NCBI GenBank assembly: GCA_964474085.1
Contig: CAYYRJ010000005.1
Coordinates: 23,244 to 87,243, forward strand
Length of the DNA: 64,000 bases
Direction: 5' to 3'
Source of the DNA: an uncultured Planctomycetales bacterium
GTDB taxonomy: Bacteria > Omnitrophota > Gorgyraeia > Zapsychrales > JANLHA01
Position 1 is the stretch's first letter, and each line of letters starts with the position of its first letter. Of the stretch, positions 28,494 through 37,524 are shown piece by piece. The position numbers and the translations under genes are program-made. Below the pieces are notes generated by a model that saw only the letters and a list, made by a program, of their open reading frames with translations, did no database searches and was not told the DNA's origin.

Positions 28494-29567
28494 ATGGAAA
28501 TTGGAATTGTTGGATTACCAAATGTCGGAAAATCAACACTCTTTAATGCTTTGACCGGGGCGGGAGTTGCGGCAGAAAATTTTCCGTTTACGACCATTGA
28601 GCCTAATATCGGGATTGTGCCTCTGCCAGATGAGCGGTTAAATGTTTTGGCGCAAAAAAATGACAGCGTTAAAATAACGCCCGCCGGGATTCGCTTTGTG
28701 GATATCGCTGGTATCGTCAAAGGCGCCAGTCAGGGGGAAGGCTTAGGTAACAAATTTCTTTCACATATCCGCAGTGTGGACGCGATATGCCACGTCGTGC
28801 GCTGTTTTAGGGACGAAAATGTCGTCAACGTTTTGGGGAATCTCGATCCGTTAAACGCGGCAGATATTATCGAGACCGAACTTTTGCTCGCTGATTTGCA
28901 ACAGGCGCAAAAAGCGTTGGATAAATACAAAAAGCCTGCACAAGCAGGCGACAAGCTCGCGAAAGAAAAAACGGCAGTGCTTGAAGCGGCGATGAAAGGG
29001 TTTAATGAAGGCAAATCCGCTCGTTCTCAGGGACTTCCCGCGGAGCTTGTCGGAGAATATCAATTTCTGACTTCCAAGCCCATTGTCTATGTCGCCAATG
29101 CTGATGAGGGGGGTGCGGCGCCTGAGCTTTTAACGCCTTTGCAGGAACGTGCCCAAAAGGAAAACGCGCAAGTGGTTGTTCTGTGTACCAAAATTGAGGC
29201 CGAAATTTTGGAGTTGCCGGTTGAGGAGCGCGCCTCGTATTATGACAGTGCGGGGATTACTTCGCCGGGTTTGGCGACCCTTGCACGGGCCGGACAGCAG
29301 CTTTTAAATCAGATTTGTTTTTTTACTTCAGGTCCACAAGAAACTCGAGCATGGTTGATTACAAAAGGAACCAAGGCGGTCAAAGCGGCTGGAAAAATTC
29401 ACAGTGACATCGAGCGCGGGTTTATTCGCGCGGAAATTCATAAATATAAGGATCTCGTCGAGCTTGGATCGTATAAAGCGATTCAGGAAAAGGGATTAGT
29501 TTCGCTGGAAGGCAAGGATTACGAAATGCAGGACGGCGATGTGGTGTATTTTCGGTTTAGCGTTTGA
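28494..29567 (+). CDS. ychF: ribosome-binding ATPase YchF
   Basis: GIVGLPNVGKSTLFNALT P-loop, FTTIEPN, C-terminal TGS-like domain; full-length collinearity. Confidence 0.9.
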   Translation: MEIGIVGLPNVGKSTLFNALTGAGVAAENFPFTTIEPNIGIVPLPDERLNVLAQKNDSVKITPAGIRFVDIAGIVKGASQGEGLGNKFLSHIRSVDAICHVVRCFRDENVVNVLGNLDPLNAADIIETELLLADLQQAQKALDKYKKPAQAGDKLAKEKTAVLEAAMKGFNEGKSARSQGLPAELVGEYQFLTSKPIVYVANADEGGAAPELLTPLQERAQKENAQVVVLCTKIEAEILELPVEERASYYDSAGITSPGLATLARAGQQLLNQICFFTSGPQETRAWLITKGTKAVKAAGKIHSDIERGFIRAEIHKYKDLVELGSYKAIQEKGLVSLEGKDYEMQDGDVVYFRFSV

Positions 29568-29594
29568 AAATTTTTTTATGTGGGAGGAAAAAAT

Positions 29595-30110
29595 ATGGCA
29601 AAAAAAGCAAAGGCACCCTCTGCAAAAAAAACACAACGTCCCGACTGGGACCAGTATTTTTTAAAGCTGGCCATGCTCGCCTCTGAGCGGGCCACGTGTC
29701 CGCGTATGCATTGCGGCTGTGTTTTGGTCAAAAACAAAAATGTGATTTCAACCGGATATAACGGTTCAATTCCCGGGGACGAACATTGCGAAGATATCGG
29801 TTGTCTGGTTGTCGATAACCACTGTGTGCGCACGGTCCATGCGGAGATGAATGCTTTGGTGCAGGCGGCCAAACGCGGGCATGCGGTAGAGGGCGCAACG
29901 GCTTATGTGACGAACATGCCTTGCACAACGTGCGCCAAGTCGCTTATCACCGCCGGAATCGAACGTGTTGTTGTTTTTTCTGATTATCATGACACGCTGG
30001 CCACACAGTTTTTTGCCGTCGCCGGGGTGAGGATTGACAAGATTGCGATGCCTGAGGTTGAGATAAAATATGATTTAGGCAACTATTCTTCAGCAAGGAT
30101 TTTAAAATGA
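29595..30110 (+). CDS. dCMP deaminase (ComEB-type cytidine/deoxycytidylate deaminase)
   Basis: HAEMNAL and PCTTCA zinc-binding motifs; ATG with GGAGG RBS. Confidence 0.8.
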   Translation: MAKKAKAPSAKKTQRPDWDQYFLKLAMLASERATCPRMHCGCVLVKNKNVISTGYNGSIPGDEHCEDIGCLVVDNHCVRTVHAEMNALVQAAKRGHAVEGATAYVTNMPCTTCAKSLITAGIERVVVFSDYHDTLATQFFAVAGVRIDKIAMPEVEIKYDLGNYSSARILK

Positions 30111-30511
30111 CGTCTCTAAAAGTTTTGATGGCGGATGATGAACCAGACGTCTTGGGCGTTATGGCCAAGCGTATAAAATCTGCCGGCTATGAGGTGATAA
30201 CGGCCGTCGATGGAGAAGAGGCGTGGGACAAAATTGTGGCAGAGGATCCGGACATTATTTTGCTGGATCTGACGATGCCTAAGCTTGAAGGCTTTGAAGT
30301 GCTCAAGCGTTTGCGTGAAAAGCCGCCGACAAAAAAATGGCAGCCGGTCATTATCGTCTCGGGCCGTGAAGAGCTAAAAGATATTCAGCAAGGGTTTACG
30401 CTGGAAGCAGATCATTATTTGACGAAGCCATGCAATATGGACGATGTCCTCAATGCTATTCGCTTGATGGCCAAACTGATCCCGCAGCATAAGGCGATCG
30501 GCGAGGCATAA
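30107..30511 (+). CDS. single-domain response regulator (REC)
   Basis: VLMADDEPD...IILLDLTMPKLEGF...TKP motifs; no output domain. Confidence 0.8.
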   Translation: MTSLKVLMADDEPDVLGVMAKRIKSAGYEVITAVDGEEAWDKIVAEDPDIILLDLTMPKLEGFEVLKRLREKPPTKKWQPVIIVSGREELKDIQQGFTLEADHYLTKPCNMDDVLNAIRLMAKLIPQHKAIGEA

Positions 30512-30529
30512 AACGATTTTTAATAGTTT

Positions 30530-31342
30530 ATGAAAATTCTTATTTTTTTATTTGCTGGTTTTGTGTGTTTGATCGTTTATGTACGGTTTTTGGAATCTTC
30601 GCGGCTTTTTGCCTCAACACGCGAAATTTTGGCCACGCCCAAAGAGGCCGGGCTTGACTTTGAAGATGTCTATTTCTCGACGAGCGATCATCTTCGTTTA
30701 AACGGTTGGCTTGTGAAGGCGACAGAGGCCCCGCAAAATGCTTCGACATTTCTTTTTTGCCACGGCAATGCCGGCAATATCGGCGACCGTATCGAAAAAA
30801 TCAGGCGTTTTCATGAATTTGGGGTTAACGTTTTTATTTTTGACTATCGGGGGTTTGGCAAAAGTCAGGGACGCCCGACGGAAGAGGGGATGTACCGTGA
30901 TGCAAAAGCCGCGTACACCTATTTAAAAAGCCGTCAGGACATTGCGCCAGAGTGGATCATCGTTTATGGCGCGTCGATGGGCGGGGTTGCGGCGATTGAT
31001 TTGGCATCGCAACAGAAGGTTGCGGCGCTGATCATAGACTCGACGTGGACATCGGCGGCCGATATGGCAAAAATAATTGCCCCGTTTGTTCCGTCTTTTA
31101 TTTTGACGGCGAGACTTGATAATGCATCTAAAATTAAAACGATCCTGGTGCCTAAGCTTGTTATTCATAGCCCGGATGACGAATCTGTGCCGATAGCTTT
31201 AGGCCAAAAATTGTTTGCTTTAGCACCGGCGCCTAAAGAATTTTTGCAAATTTCCGGCAGTCATTCTCAAGGCTATGAAACGTCGCGGGAAATATTTTTC
31301 CCGGGGATCAGGAATTTTTTGGATAAATACCAGCTAAGGTAA
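30530..31342 (+). CDS. alpha/beta-hydrolase fold protein with N-terminal membrane anchor
   Basis: N-terminal TM, HGNAGN oxyanion region, GASMGG nucleophile elbow. Confidence 0.65.
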   Translation: MKILIFLFAGFVCLIVYVRFLESSRLFASTREILATPKEAGLDFEDVYFSTSDHLRLNGWLVKATEAPQNASTFLFCHGNAGNIGDRIEKIRRFHEFGVNVFIFDYRGFGKSQGRPTEEGMYRDAKAAYTYLKSRQDIAPEWIIVYGASMGGVAAIDLASQQKVAALIIDSTWTSAADMAKIIAPFVPSFILTARLDNASKIKTILVPKLVIHSPDDESVPIALGQKLFALAPAPKEFLQISGSHSQGYETSREIFFPGIRNFLDKYQLR

Positions 31343-31344
31343 AT

Positions 31345-32187
31345 ATGCGGACTCAATTTCAGGCGTTGCCTAAAATCACAAGTTTTGCAAATCCTAAAAT
31401 TAAACAGCTTGTGCGGCTGCGCGATCGGCGCGAGCGAGTGAAAACCGGTGTTACGGTCATCGACGGAATCCGTGAAGTTAGGGCGGCGATGGATGCCGGC
31501 ATTTTGATCAAAGAAGCCTTTGTTTGTCCGGCTTTATATCAGGCTCATCAAGAAGATGTTGAGGGTGGGATTTTAAAAAGTTTGGCGGCGCAGGGAAAAG
31601 AAGTTTTTGAAGTGACCAAAGAGATTTTTGCCAAGATCTGTTTTGGGGATCGGCTAGAGGGGGTTTTGGCCGTCGGCAGCCCTGTGACTCAAACGATCGC
31701 CGGATTGCCAAAGACAAAAGCCCCTTTTTTTATGCTTGTTGAAAATGTCGAGAAACCGGGCAATTTGGGTGCGATTTTACGCAGCTGCGATGCGGCCGGC
31801 ATAGACGCGTTGTTTGTCAGCGATACGACGACAGATATTTTTAATCCCAATGTGATCCGTGCGAGTTTGGGAACAGTTTTTCATGTCACGGTTATTGTGG
31901 AATCCCAGGAGAAGATTTTGGAATTCTTTAAAAGTCAAAAGGTCAAGGTCGTAGCGGCTACTCCGGTGGGCCAAAAGGTTTATACCGCTGTCGATTATCG
32001 TCGTGGGATTGCCATTCTCGTGGGTAGCGAAAAGGATGGCTTAAACGATTTTTGGCTTGATGCGGCGGATGAAAAAATTGTGATCCCGATGAAGGGCAAA
32101 GCCGATTCGCTTAATACGTCGGTGGCGGCTGCGCTGATCGCCTATGAAGCGTTACGGCAGCGAAGCGAAGGCCGACCGAACACGTAA
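31345..32187 (+). CDS. SpoU/TrmH-family RNA methyltransferase with N-terminal substrate-binding domain
   Basis: VENVEKPGNLGAILRSCDAAG, ILVGSEKDGL, SLNTSVAAALIAYE SpoU motifs. Confidence 0.7.
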   Translation: MRTQFQALPKITSFANPKIKQLVRLRDRRERVKTGVTVIDGIREVRAAMDAGILIKEAFVCPALYQAHQEDVEGGILKSLAAQGKEVFEVTKEIFAKICFGDRLEGVLAVGSPVTQTIAGLPKTKAPFFMLVENVEKPGNLGAILRSCDAAGIDALFVSDTTTDIFNPNVIRASLGTVFHVTVIVESQEKILEFFKSQKVKVVAATPVGQKVYTAVDYRRGIAILVGSEKDGLNDFWLDAADEKIVIPMKGKADSLNTSVAAALIAYEALRQRSEGRPNT

Positions 32188-32282
32188 CGTGTGAGGGAGT
32201 GGCGAGACCATCTTGTCGAGCCCATCAAGGCCAAAGCGGAGTGCCGAAAGCAGGAGCTTTCGGCGCGAGGAGCTAATAGTAG

Positions 32283-33008
32283 ATGAATACGGCAAAAGAA
32301 TTTCAGCGTCTTAATGTTTATCTGGCCCATCAGGGGATTTGTTCTCGTCGAAAAGCGATGGAGGCGATTGCACAAGGCTTTGTCAGCGTCAACGGTAAAG
32401 TCGTTCGTGAGCCGTCAACGCCGGTTAATCCAGCTAAAGACCGGGTCGTTGTCGACGGCAAGATTGTTCAAAGAAAAGCCTATGAGTATATTATGCTCAA
32501 CAAACCCGTTGGGTATGTGACGACCCGAGAGGACCGTTTTGCGCAAAAAACGGTTTTGGACCTTTTGCCGACGGGCTTGCGGCATTTAAATCCGGTTGGC
32601 CGGCTGGACAAAAACACAGAAGGCCTTCTTGTGATGACCAATGACGGAGAACTGGCCAATCAGTTGACGCATCCGCGATATGATGTGGATAAGACCTATG
32701 TGGTGCAGATCCAAAAGAAATTAACTCCTGAGGACCACAAAAAACTTGAGACCGGTGTCGTGATCGACGGCGAAAAAACCGCGCCAGCCAAGATTGCGGG
32801 GCTTGTAGCTTTGAAAAACGGCTGTGAGTTTTTGATGACGATTCATGAAGGCCGCAAGCGGCAAATTCGGCTGATGCTTTCTCAAATTGGGCATTATGTC
32901 ACTTTTTTAAAACGAATACAGCAGGGGCCGTTGTCTTTGGCTAATTTGGAAACGGGAAAGTATCGGGCTTTGACAATGGATGAAATAAAACAATTAAAAA
33001 GGAATTAG
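32283..33008 (+). CDS. rRNA pseudouridine synthase (RsuA/RluB family, S4 domain)
   Basis: S4 region (RLNVYLAHQGICSRRKA) and catalytic NPVGRLDKNTEGLL motif. Confidence 0.8.
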   Translation: MNTAKEFQRLNVYLAHQGICSRRKAMEAIAQGFVSVNGKVVREPSTPVNPAKDRVVVDGKIVQRKAYEYIMLNKPVGYVTTREDRFAQKTVLDLLPTGLRHLNPVGRLDKNTEGLLVMTNDGELANQLTHPRYDVDKTYVVQIQKKLTPEDHKKLETGVVIDGEKTAPAKIAGLVALKNGCEFLMTIHEGRKRQIRLMLSQIGHYVTFLKRIQQGPLSLANLETGKYRALTMDEIKQLKRN

Positions 33009-33016
33009 TATCTTTA

Positions 33017-33140
33017 CTTTTATCTGCTTTACGTCGGAACGTTCGCCCGCCCCTGCGTATGGCGGGCTTACTCGAAGAAAAACTCGCTCTGATTCCATGC
33101 GAGCTTTGTTTTTCAACGTCCGACTACAAGCAGATAAAAG
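33017..33140 (+). repeat. structured element: about 25-bp imperfect outer stem enclosing two hairpins, one followed by a T-tract
   Basis: cttttatctgctttacgtcggaacgtt pairs with aacgtccgactacaagcagataaaag; inner GCCCGCC-(9 nt)-GGCGGGC; CTCGC-(11 nt)-GCGAG followed by TTTGTTTTT. Confidence 0.55.
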
Positions 33141-33170
33141 CAAAGCCATAAAAGGACAGTATTTTAAATT

Positions 33171-35117
33171 ATGATTACAATCAGCGGATTATCAAAAGGT
33201 TTTACAGGACGGACATTATTTAAGGATGTCAGCTTGAGCATTTTTGCCGGCGAAAAAATCGGTTTGACCGGTCCTAACGGATCAGGAAAGTCCACGCTTT
33301 TTTCAATTATCCTCGGGCAAATGGAGTCGACTGGTGGCAGTGTGCAGATGCAAAGGAATTTGAACATCGGGCATTTAGCGCAGGAAGCGCATTTTGCCTC
33401 GACGCAAACCGTGTTAGATGAAGTCACATCCGGAGATGACCGGATCAAAAAACTTTTGAAAGAAAAACATGAATTAGAAGATGCCAACAAAGCTGACAGC
33501 ATGCGTTATGGGGACATTTTGCAAGAGCTTGAGGCGGCCGGGATTTATGAACTGGAAAACAAGGCCGAACGGATTTTGACCGGTTTGGGTTTTAAGGAAG
33601 AAGAATTTCATAAGCCGGTCAATACCTTAAGCGGCGGCTGGCAGATGCGCGCTCTGTTGGCCAAGCTGCTTTTGTACCCGTACGATATTATTTTGCTCGA
33701 CGAACCGACAAACTATTTGGACTTGCACGCCACATTGTGGCTTAAGGGCTTTTTGGCCAGTTATCCGGGGACGTTTGTCATTATTTCGCATGACAAGATT
33801 TTTTTAAACGATGTCACCAATTACACGATCGTTTTGGAAAACGGGCAGATGACCAAGATCAAGGGAAATTATCACGCGTATGAAGAGCAAAAAGATTTAA
33901 TGCTGCGCTCGATGGAAAAAAAGCAGAAGTCCCTTGAACAAAAGAAAGACCAGTTGGAAAAATTTGCCCAGCGCTTTCACGCGCAGCCTAACCGTGCGGC
34001 CGCGGTGCGCAATAAACGTAAAATGCTCGAAAAGATTGAAGAGCAGCAAGTGGATTTGCCGCAGGAACGCCGCAGTATCCGCGACTTTGAATTTCCGCCG
34101 ACGCAAGAAAGCGGTTATGTCGTTGCTAATGCGCAGAACTTAAGCAAAGCTTACGGCGAGAAACAAGTTTATAAAAACTTGGACTTGGAAATTATCAAAG
34201 GCCAGAAGATTTGTTTGATCGGTCCCAACGGCGCGGGTAAATCGACCTTGCTTAAAATGCTCGCCGATATTATCCCACCGGATGCGGGGAATGTGAAGCT
34301 TGGCTTTAATGTGACGCGCGGGTATTTTTCGCAGACGCGGTTGGATGTTTTAAACCCCAACAATACCGCGTTGGAAGAACTTGCGACAGCCTCCAGCAAA
34401 AGTGTTCCGGCGCAAACGATGCGCACGCTTTTGAGTATTTTTAATTTTCGTGGCGATGATGTTTTTAAGCACGTCAAGGTTCTCTCCGGTGGGGAAAAGA
34501 GCCGTTTGATTTTGGCGAAGTTATTATTAAATCCGCCGAATTTTGTTCTTCTCGATGAGCCGACAACCCACTTGGATATCGACGGGGTCGAAGCGTTAAC
34601 CGAGTGTTTTCAAAAATATCAGGGCACGCTTGTTTTTATCAGCCACGATCTTTTTTTTGTGAAAGAAATCGCAGATCATATTATTGAAGTCGATCGCGGG
34701 CGGATCAAAATTTATTCGGGCGGGTTAGATTATTATCTGGACAAAAAGGCCGCTGGCGAAACGCTAGGCCAGGAAAGCGAGCGGGCCGCCCGTCAAGAAG
34801 AGTTGCGGATTAAGGATGAAAAACGCAAAGTTTTTGATTCTGAAAATCAAAAAATGCAAGAAGCGCGCAGTCAGCATAATCAGGCGCTGAAGAGACTCGC
34901 GGATATTAAAAAAGAAATCAAAGCGCTCGAGGACGAAAATAAGGAAATCGAGTCGGAGAGTTATGTGAAGGCACGGGTTCTTTCTAACGCCTACGGCAAA
35001 GATCCGCAAATGCTCAAAGAGTACGGTCAGAGGCTTAAAATGATACAACAGCGCGTGCGCGAGATAGCGACGAAAATCAAGGAATTGACAGAAGAGCGCG
35101 ACAGGATCAATAATTGA
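33171..35117 (+). CDS. ABC-F family ATPase (tandem ABC domains with C-terminal coiled coil; Uup/EttA-like)
   Basis: Two Walker A sites (GPNGSGKST, GPNGAGKST), two LSGG signatures, no TM domain, Lys/Glu-rich C-terminal tail. Confidence 0.85.
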   Translation: MITISGLSKGFTGRTLFKDVSLSIFAGEKIGLTGPNGSGKSTLFSIILGQMESTGGSVQMQRNLNIGHLAQEAHFASTQTVLDEVTSGDDRIKKLLKEKHELEDANKADSMRYGDILQELEAAGIYELENKAERILTGLGFKEEEFHKPVNTLSGGWQMRALLAKLLLYPYDIILLDEPTNYLDLHATLWLKGFLASYPGTFVIISHDKIFLNDVTNYTIVLENGQMTKIKGNYHAYEEQKDLMLRSMEKKQKSLEQKKDQLEKFAQRFHAQPNRAAAVRNKRKMLEKIEEQQVDLPQERRSIRDFEFPPTQESGYVVANAQNLSKAYGEKQVYKNLDLEIIKGQKICLIGPNGAGKSTLLKMLADIIPPDAGNVKLGFNVTRGYFSQTRLDVLNPNNTALEELATASSKSVPAQTMRTLLSIFNFRGDDVFKHVKVLSGGEKSRLILAKLLLNPPNFVLLDEPTTHLDIDGVEALTECFQKYQGTLVFISHDLFFVKEIADHIIEVDRGRIKIYSGGLDYYLDKKAAGETLGQESERAARQEELRIKDEKRKVFDSENQKMQEARSQHNQALKRLADIKKEIKALEDENKEIESESYVKARVLSNAYGKDPQMLKEYGQRLKMIQQRVREIATKIKELTEERDRINN

Positions 35118-35144
35118 CGTCGTGTGTAAGTTTTATTTACCGTC

Positions 35145-35206
35145 GTCATTCTGAGGCCGAAGGCCGAAGAATCTTCATCGAGATCCTTCGCTCCGCTCAG
35201 GATGAC
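35145..35206. repeat. inverted pair of GTCATYC-hairpin-GRATC palindromic units just after the ABC-F stop
   Basis: gtcattctgaggccgaaggccgaagaatc (35145-35173) and gagatccttcgctccgctcaggatgac (35180-35206); same unit class as 26958-27040. Confidence 0.65.
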
Positions 35207-35251
35207 ATTTTCTAAAATAAATATTGATGAACTTTTGAAGCGGGGTATATA

Positions 35252-35686
35252 ATGCCGGCAATGAAAAAACTTAATCCTTTTCTTTTTGTTCTTCTCTTAA
35301 GTGTTTTAGCTTTCTCTGGCTGTGCGAAGCTTGCCCACATGGAGGAGTTATTGCGCCTTAAAGGGTATTCGCAGGAAAAAGACCGTCAGGGGATTTTGGT
35401 TGAAAAGCAGAATAAAAGTTTTGAACGTTTGTTGAGCGCGGCCAAGAGCGGGGCGCTTAAGCAATATCCGGATGATAAAAGTATTTGGACTGCGTTTGGA
35501 CGCCCGGTTTTTGAGAAAAAAGTCACAATTGACGGGGCGACGTACAACGTTTGGCTGTATCGCTATTCAACGAAGTTTTTTGGTTCTGACAAGGTTTATC
35601 TCTACTTTGATCCGCAAGGCTATCTCAAAATTTATGATTTCTCGCCGGGTGGGACGATGACGGCGGTTCATGCCAGTCATAAATAA
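35252..35686 (+). CDS. hypothetical lipoprotein
   Basis: Signal peptide with lipobox AFSGC; 144 aa. Confidence 0.4.
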   Translation: MPAMKKLNPFLFVLLLSVLAFSGCAKLAHMEELLRLKGYSQEKDRQGILVEKQNKSFERLLSAAKSGALKQYPDDKSIWTAFGRPVFEKKVTIDGATYNVWLYRYSTKFFGSDKVYLYFDPQGYLKIYDFSPGGTMTAVHASHK

Positions 35687-35815
35687 AAATGTGCAGGCTT
35701 TTTTATATTTTTTAACCCCTCCGTTTCCCCTTTAATAAAAGTGGGTTTCGGTTTTTTATCTTTAAAGTGATATACTCTAAACAATCAACGGACTTGTACA
35801 AAGGATGTCTAAAAT

Positions 35816-36247
35816 ATGAAATCTAATTCAAGCGGTTTTACTTTGATGGAGATTGTTGTGACAACTATTATTGTCGGGGTGATTGCTTCGTTTGCGTTTA
35901 GCAATTATACGATAGTAATTGAACGGCACAGGGCAAAGGAAGCGGAACAAATCTTGCAGGCTATTTTTGCTAATATTCAACGAGTAAAGGTTGAGTCGGG
36001 ATCTATCGGGAGTGTCATTGTCAGCGGGACAGATCCTTTTTTAAATCAAATTCGTTCGACGGACAATTTTTCTCCAGTTGTTTTTTCTTTTGCCATGGGA
36101 GGAGTACCGCCGTTAACGTATACCATTAGTCGTCAGCCGCCCGGCCCAGGGTATACTCTTAGCATGACGGTATTGAATACTACGACGACTCCTGTCATTA
36201 CCTGCTCAGGCGGGCCAGCAGGTTTATGCGCTCAATTAGGATATTGA
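35816..36247 (+). CDS. type IV pilin/pseudopilin (prepilin-type N-terminal methylation domain)
   Basis: N-terminus KSNSSGFTLMEIVV with G/FTLME cleavage-methylation motif and hydrophobic helix; C-terminal Cys pair. Confidence 0.7.
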   Translation: MKSNSSGFTLMEIVVTTIIVGVIASFAFSNYTIVIERHRAKEAEQILQAIFANIQRVKVESGSIGSVIVSGTDPFLNQIRSTDNFSPVVFSFAMGGVPPLTYTISRQPPGPGYTLSMTVLNTTTTPVITCSGGPAGLCAQLGY

Positions 36248-36255
36248 TTTTTTAA

Positions 36256-37416
36256 ATGACCAAAACGATTCTGCACGTCGATCTTGACGCGTTTTTTGCG
36301 GCTGTCGAGCAAAGGGATAATCCGCAGTGGCTTGGGCAACCGGTTGTCGTCGGTGCAGATCCTAAAGCGGGAGCTGGCCGCGGCGTTGTATCGACCTGTT
36401 CGTATGAAGCGCGTGCGTTTGGCATTCACAGCGCCATGCCGATTTCTAAAGCCTATCAGTTGTGCCCGTCAGCGATTTTTGTCCCGCCTAATTTCAAAAA
36501 ATACAACGAAGCTTCCCGAGCTGTTTTCAAAATTTTTTATGACTTTACGCCGCACATCGAAGCTTTGAGTATCGATGAAGCGTTTTTGGATATGACGACG
36601 AGCGCCCATCTTTTTGGCGGCGCTCTGCTTGCAGCCAAACGTTTAAAAGAGAAAGTGCGCCAAGACGTTGGACTGACGGCGTCGGTAGGCATTGCGCCGG
36701 TCAAGTTTGTTGCCAAAATCGCATCTGATTTATCCAAGCCCGACGGATTATTAGAAGTTGCGCAGACTCAAGTTATCGAATTTTTAAAACCGCTCAAAAT
36801 CGAGCGGCTCTGGGGCGTGGGGCCTAAGACCGCCGAAGTTTTACACGCTTGTGGGATTCAAACCATCGGAGAGTTGGCCCAGATTTCTCTTGAAGATTTG
36901 CGCGATAACTTTGGCGAAAGCGGGGAGCATTTGTTTAACTTGGCGCATGGTAAAGATGAGCGTGATGTCGTCGAAGAAACAGATATTAAATCGGTCAGCC
37001 ACGAGCATACGTTTGATCGGGATAGCAACAATATCGAAGAGATTTTGGCTATCATGCTTTCATTGTCCGAACAAGTTTCGCGCCGGCTTCGAAAGTACAG
37101 CTTGAAAGGCAGGACAATCACCGTTAAAATACGTCTGCATGGATTTCAGACGTATACCCGCGCCCAGACTCTGGCGGAACGGACGAATTTTACCGACGTG
37201 ATTTTTGGGACAGCAAAAGAAACATTGCAGAAGTTTTTCAAGTCCGGAATGAAGGTGCGATTGATTGGGGTTAAGGTCAATAATTTTGAGGACGATTATA
37301 TTCAGGAGAGTTTGTTTTCTGCCCCCGACAATGAACGCCGGGAAAAAATTCATTCGGCCGTTGATGTGATTAAAACGAAGTTCGGCGAGGATGCAATCGT
37401 AAGAGGGAAGGTATAA
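36256..37416 (+). CDS. dinB: DNA polymerase IV (Y-family)
   Basis: ILHVDLDAFFAAVE, SIDEAFLD and VGIAPVKFVAKIASD motifs; full-length collinearity. Confidence 0.9.
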   Translation: MTKTILHVDLDAFFAAVEQRDNPQWLGQPVVVGADPKAGAGRGVVSTCSYEARAFGIHSAMPISKAYQLCPSAIFVPPNFKKYNEASRAVFKIFYDFTPHIEALSIDEAFLDMTTSAHLFGGALLAAKRLKEKVRQDVGLTASVGIAPVKFVAKIASDLSKPDGLLEVAQTQVIEFLKPLKIERLWGVGPKTAEVLHACGIQTIGELAQISLEDLRDNFGESGEHLFNLAHGKDERDVVEETDIKSVSHEHTFDRDSNNIEEILAIMLSLSEQVSRRLRKYSLKGRTITVKIRLHGFQTYTRAQTLAERTNFTDVIFGTAKETLQKFFKSGMKVRLIGVKVNNFEDDYIQESLFSAPDNERREKIHSAVDVIKTKFGEDAIVRGKV

Positions 37417-37419
37417 GCG

Positions 37420-37502
37420 ACAGAGTTGATATTGAGTTTTTCGGCTCAATTGTTTGGCGCCTCTATGGCGCAATTCGCCTAAAAACTCAATATCAACTCT
37501 GT
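37420..37502 (+). repeat. structured intergenic repeat, family copy 3 (perfect 22-bp outer stem; core CGGCTCAATTGTTTGG-CGCC-TCTAT-GGCG-CAATTCGCC)
   Basis: acagagttgatattgagttttt is the exact reverse complement of aaaaactcaatatcaactctgt; core nearly identical to copy 2. Confidence 0.7.
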
Positions 37503-37524
37503 CAATCATATAGGAGATATTGTT

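Noticed and set aside
32188-32282. Hairpins in the spacer upstream of the pseudouridine synthase gene (for example GCCGAAAG-CAGGAG-CTTTCGGC at 32243-32264)
   Set aside because: A single 8-bp hairpin next to the RBS is consistent with an ordinary 5' UTR structure. There are no repeats elsewhere and no conserved-looking motif, so it is not enough for a call.
35687-35815. Possible terminator or promoter signals between the lipoprotein and pilin genes (a TATACT -10-like hexamer at about 35771)
   Set aside because: There is no convincing stem-loop with a T-tract, and I could not find a -35 hexamer at appropriate spacing, so this is too weak to report as a feature.
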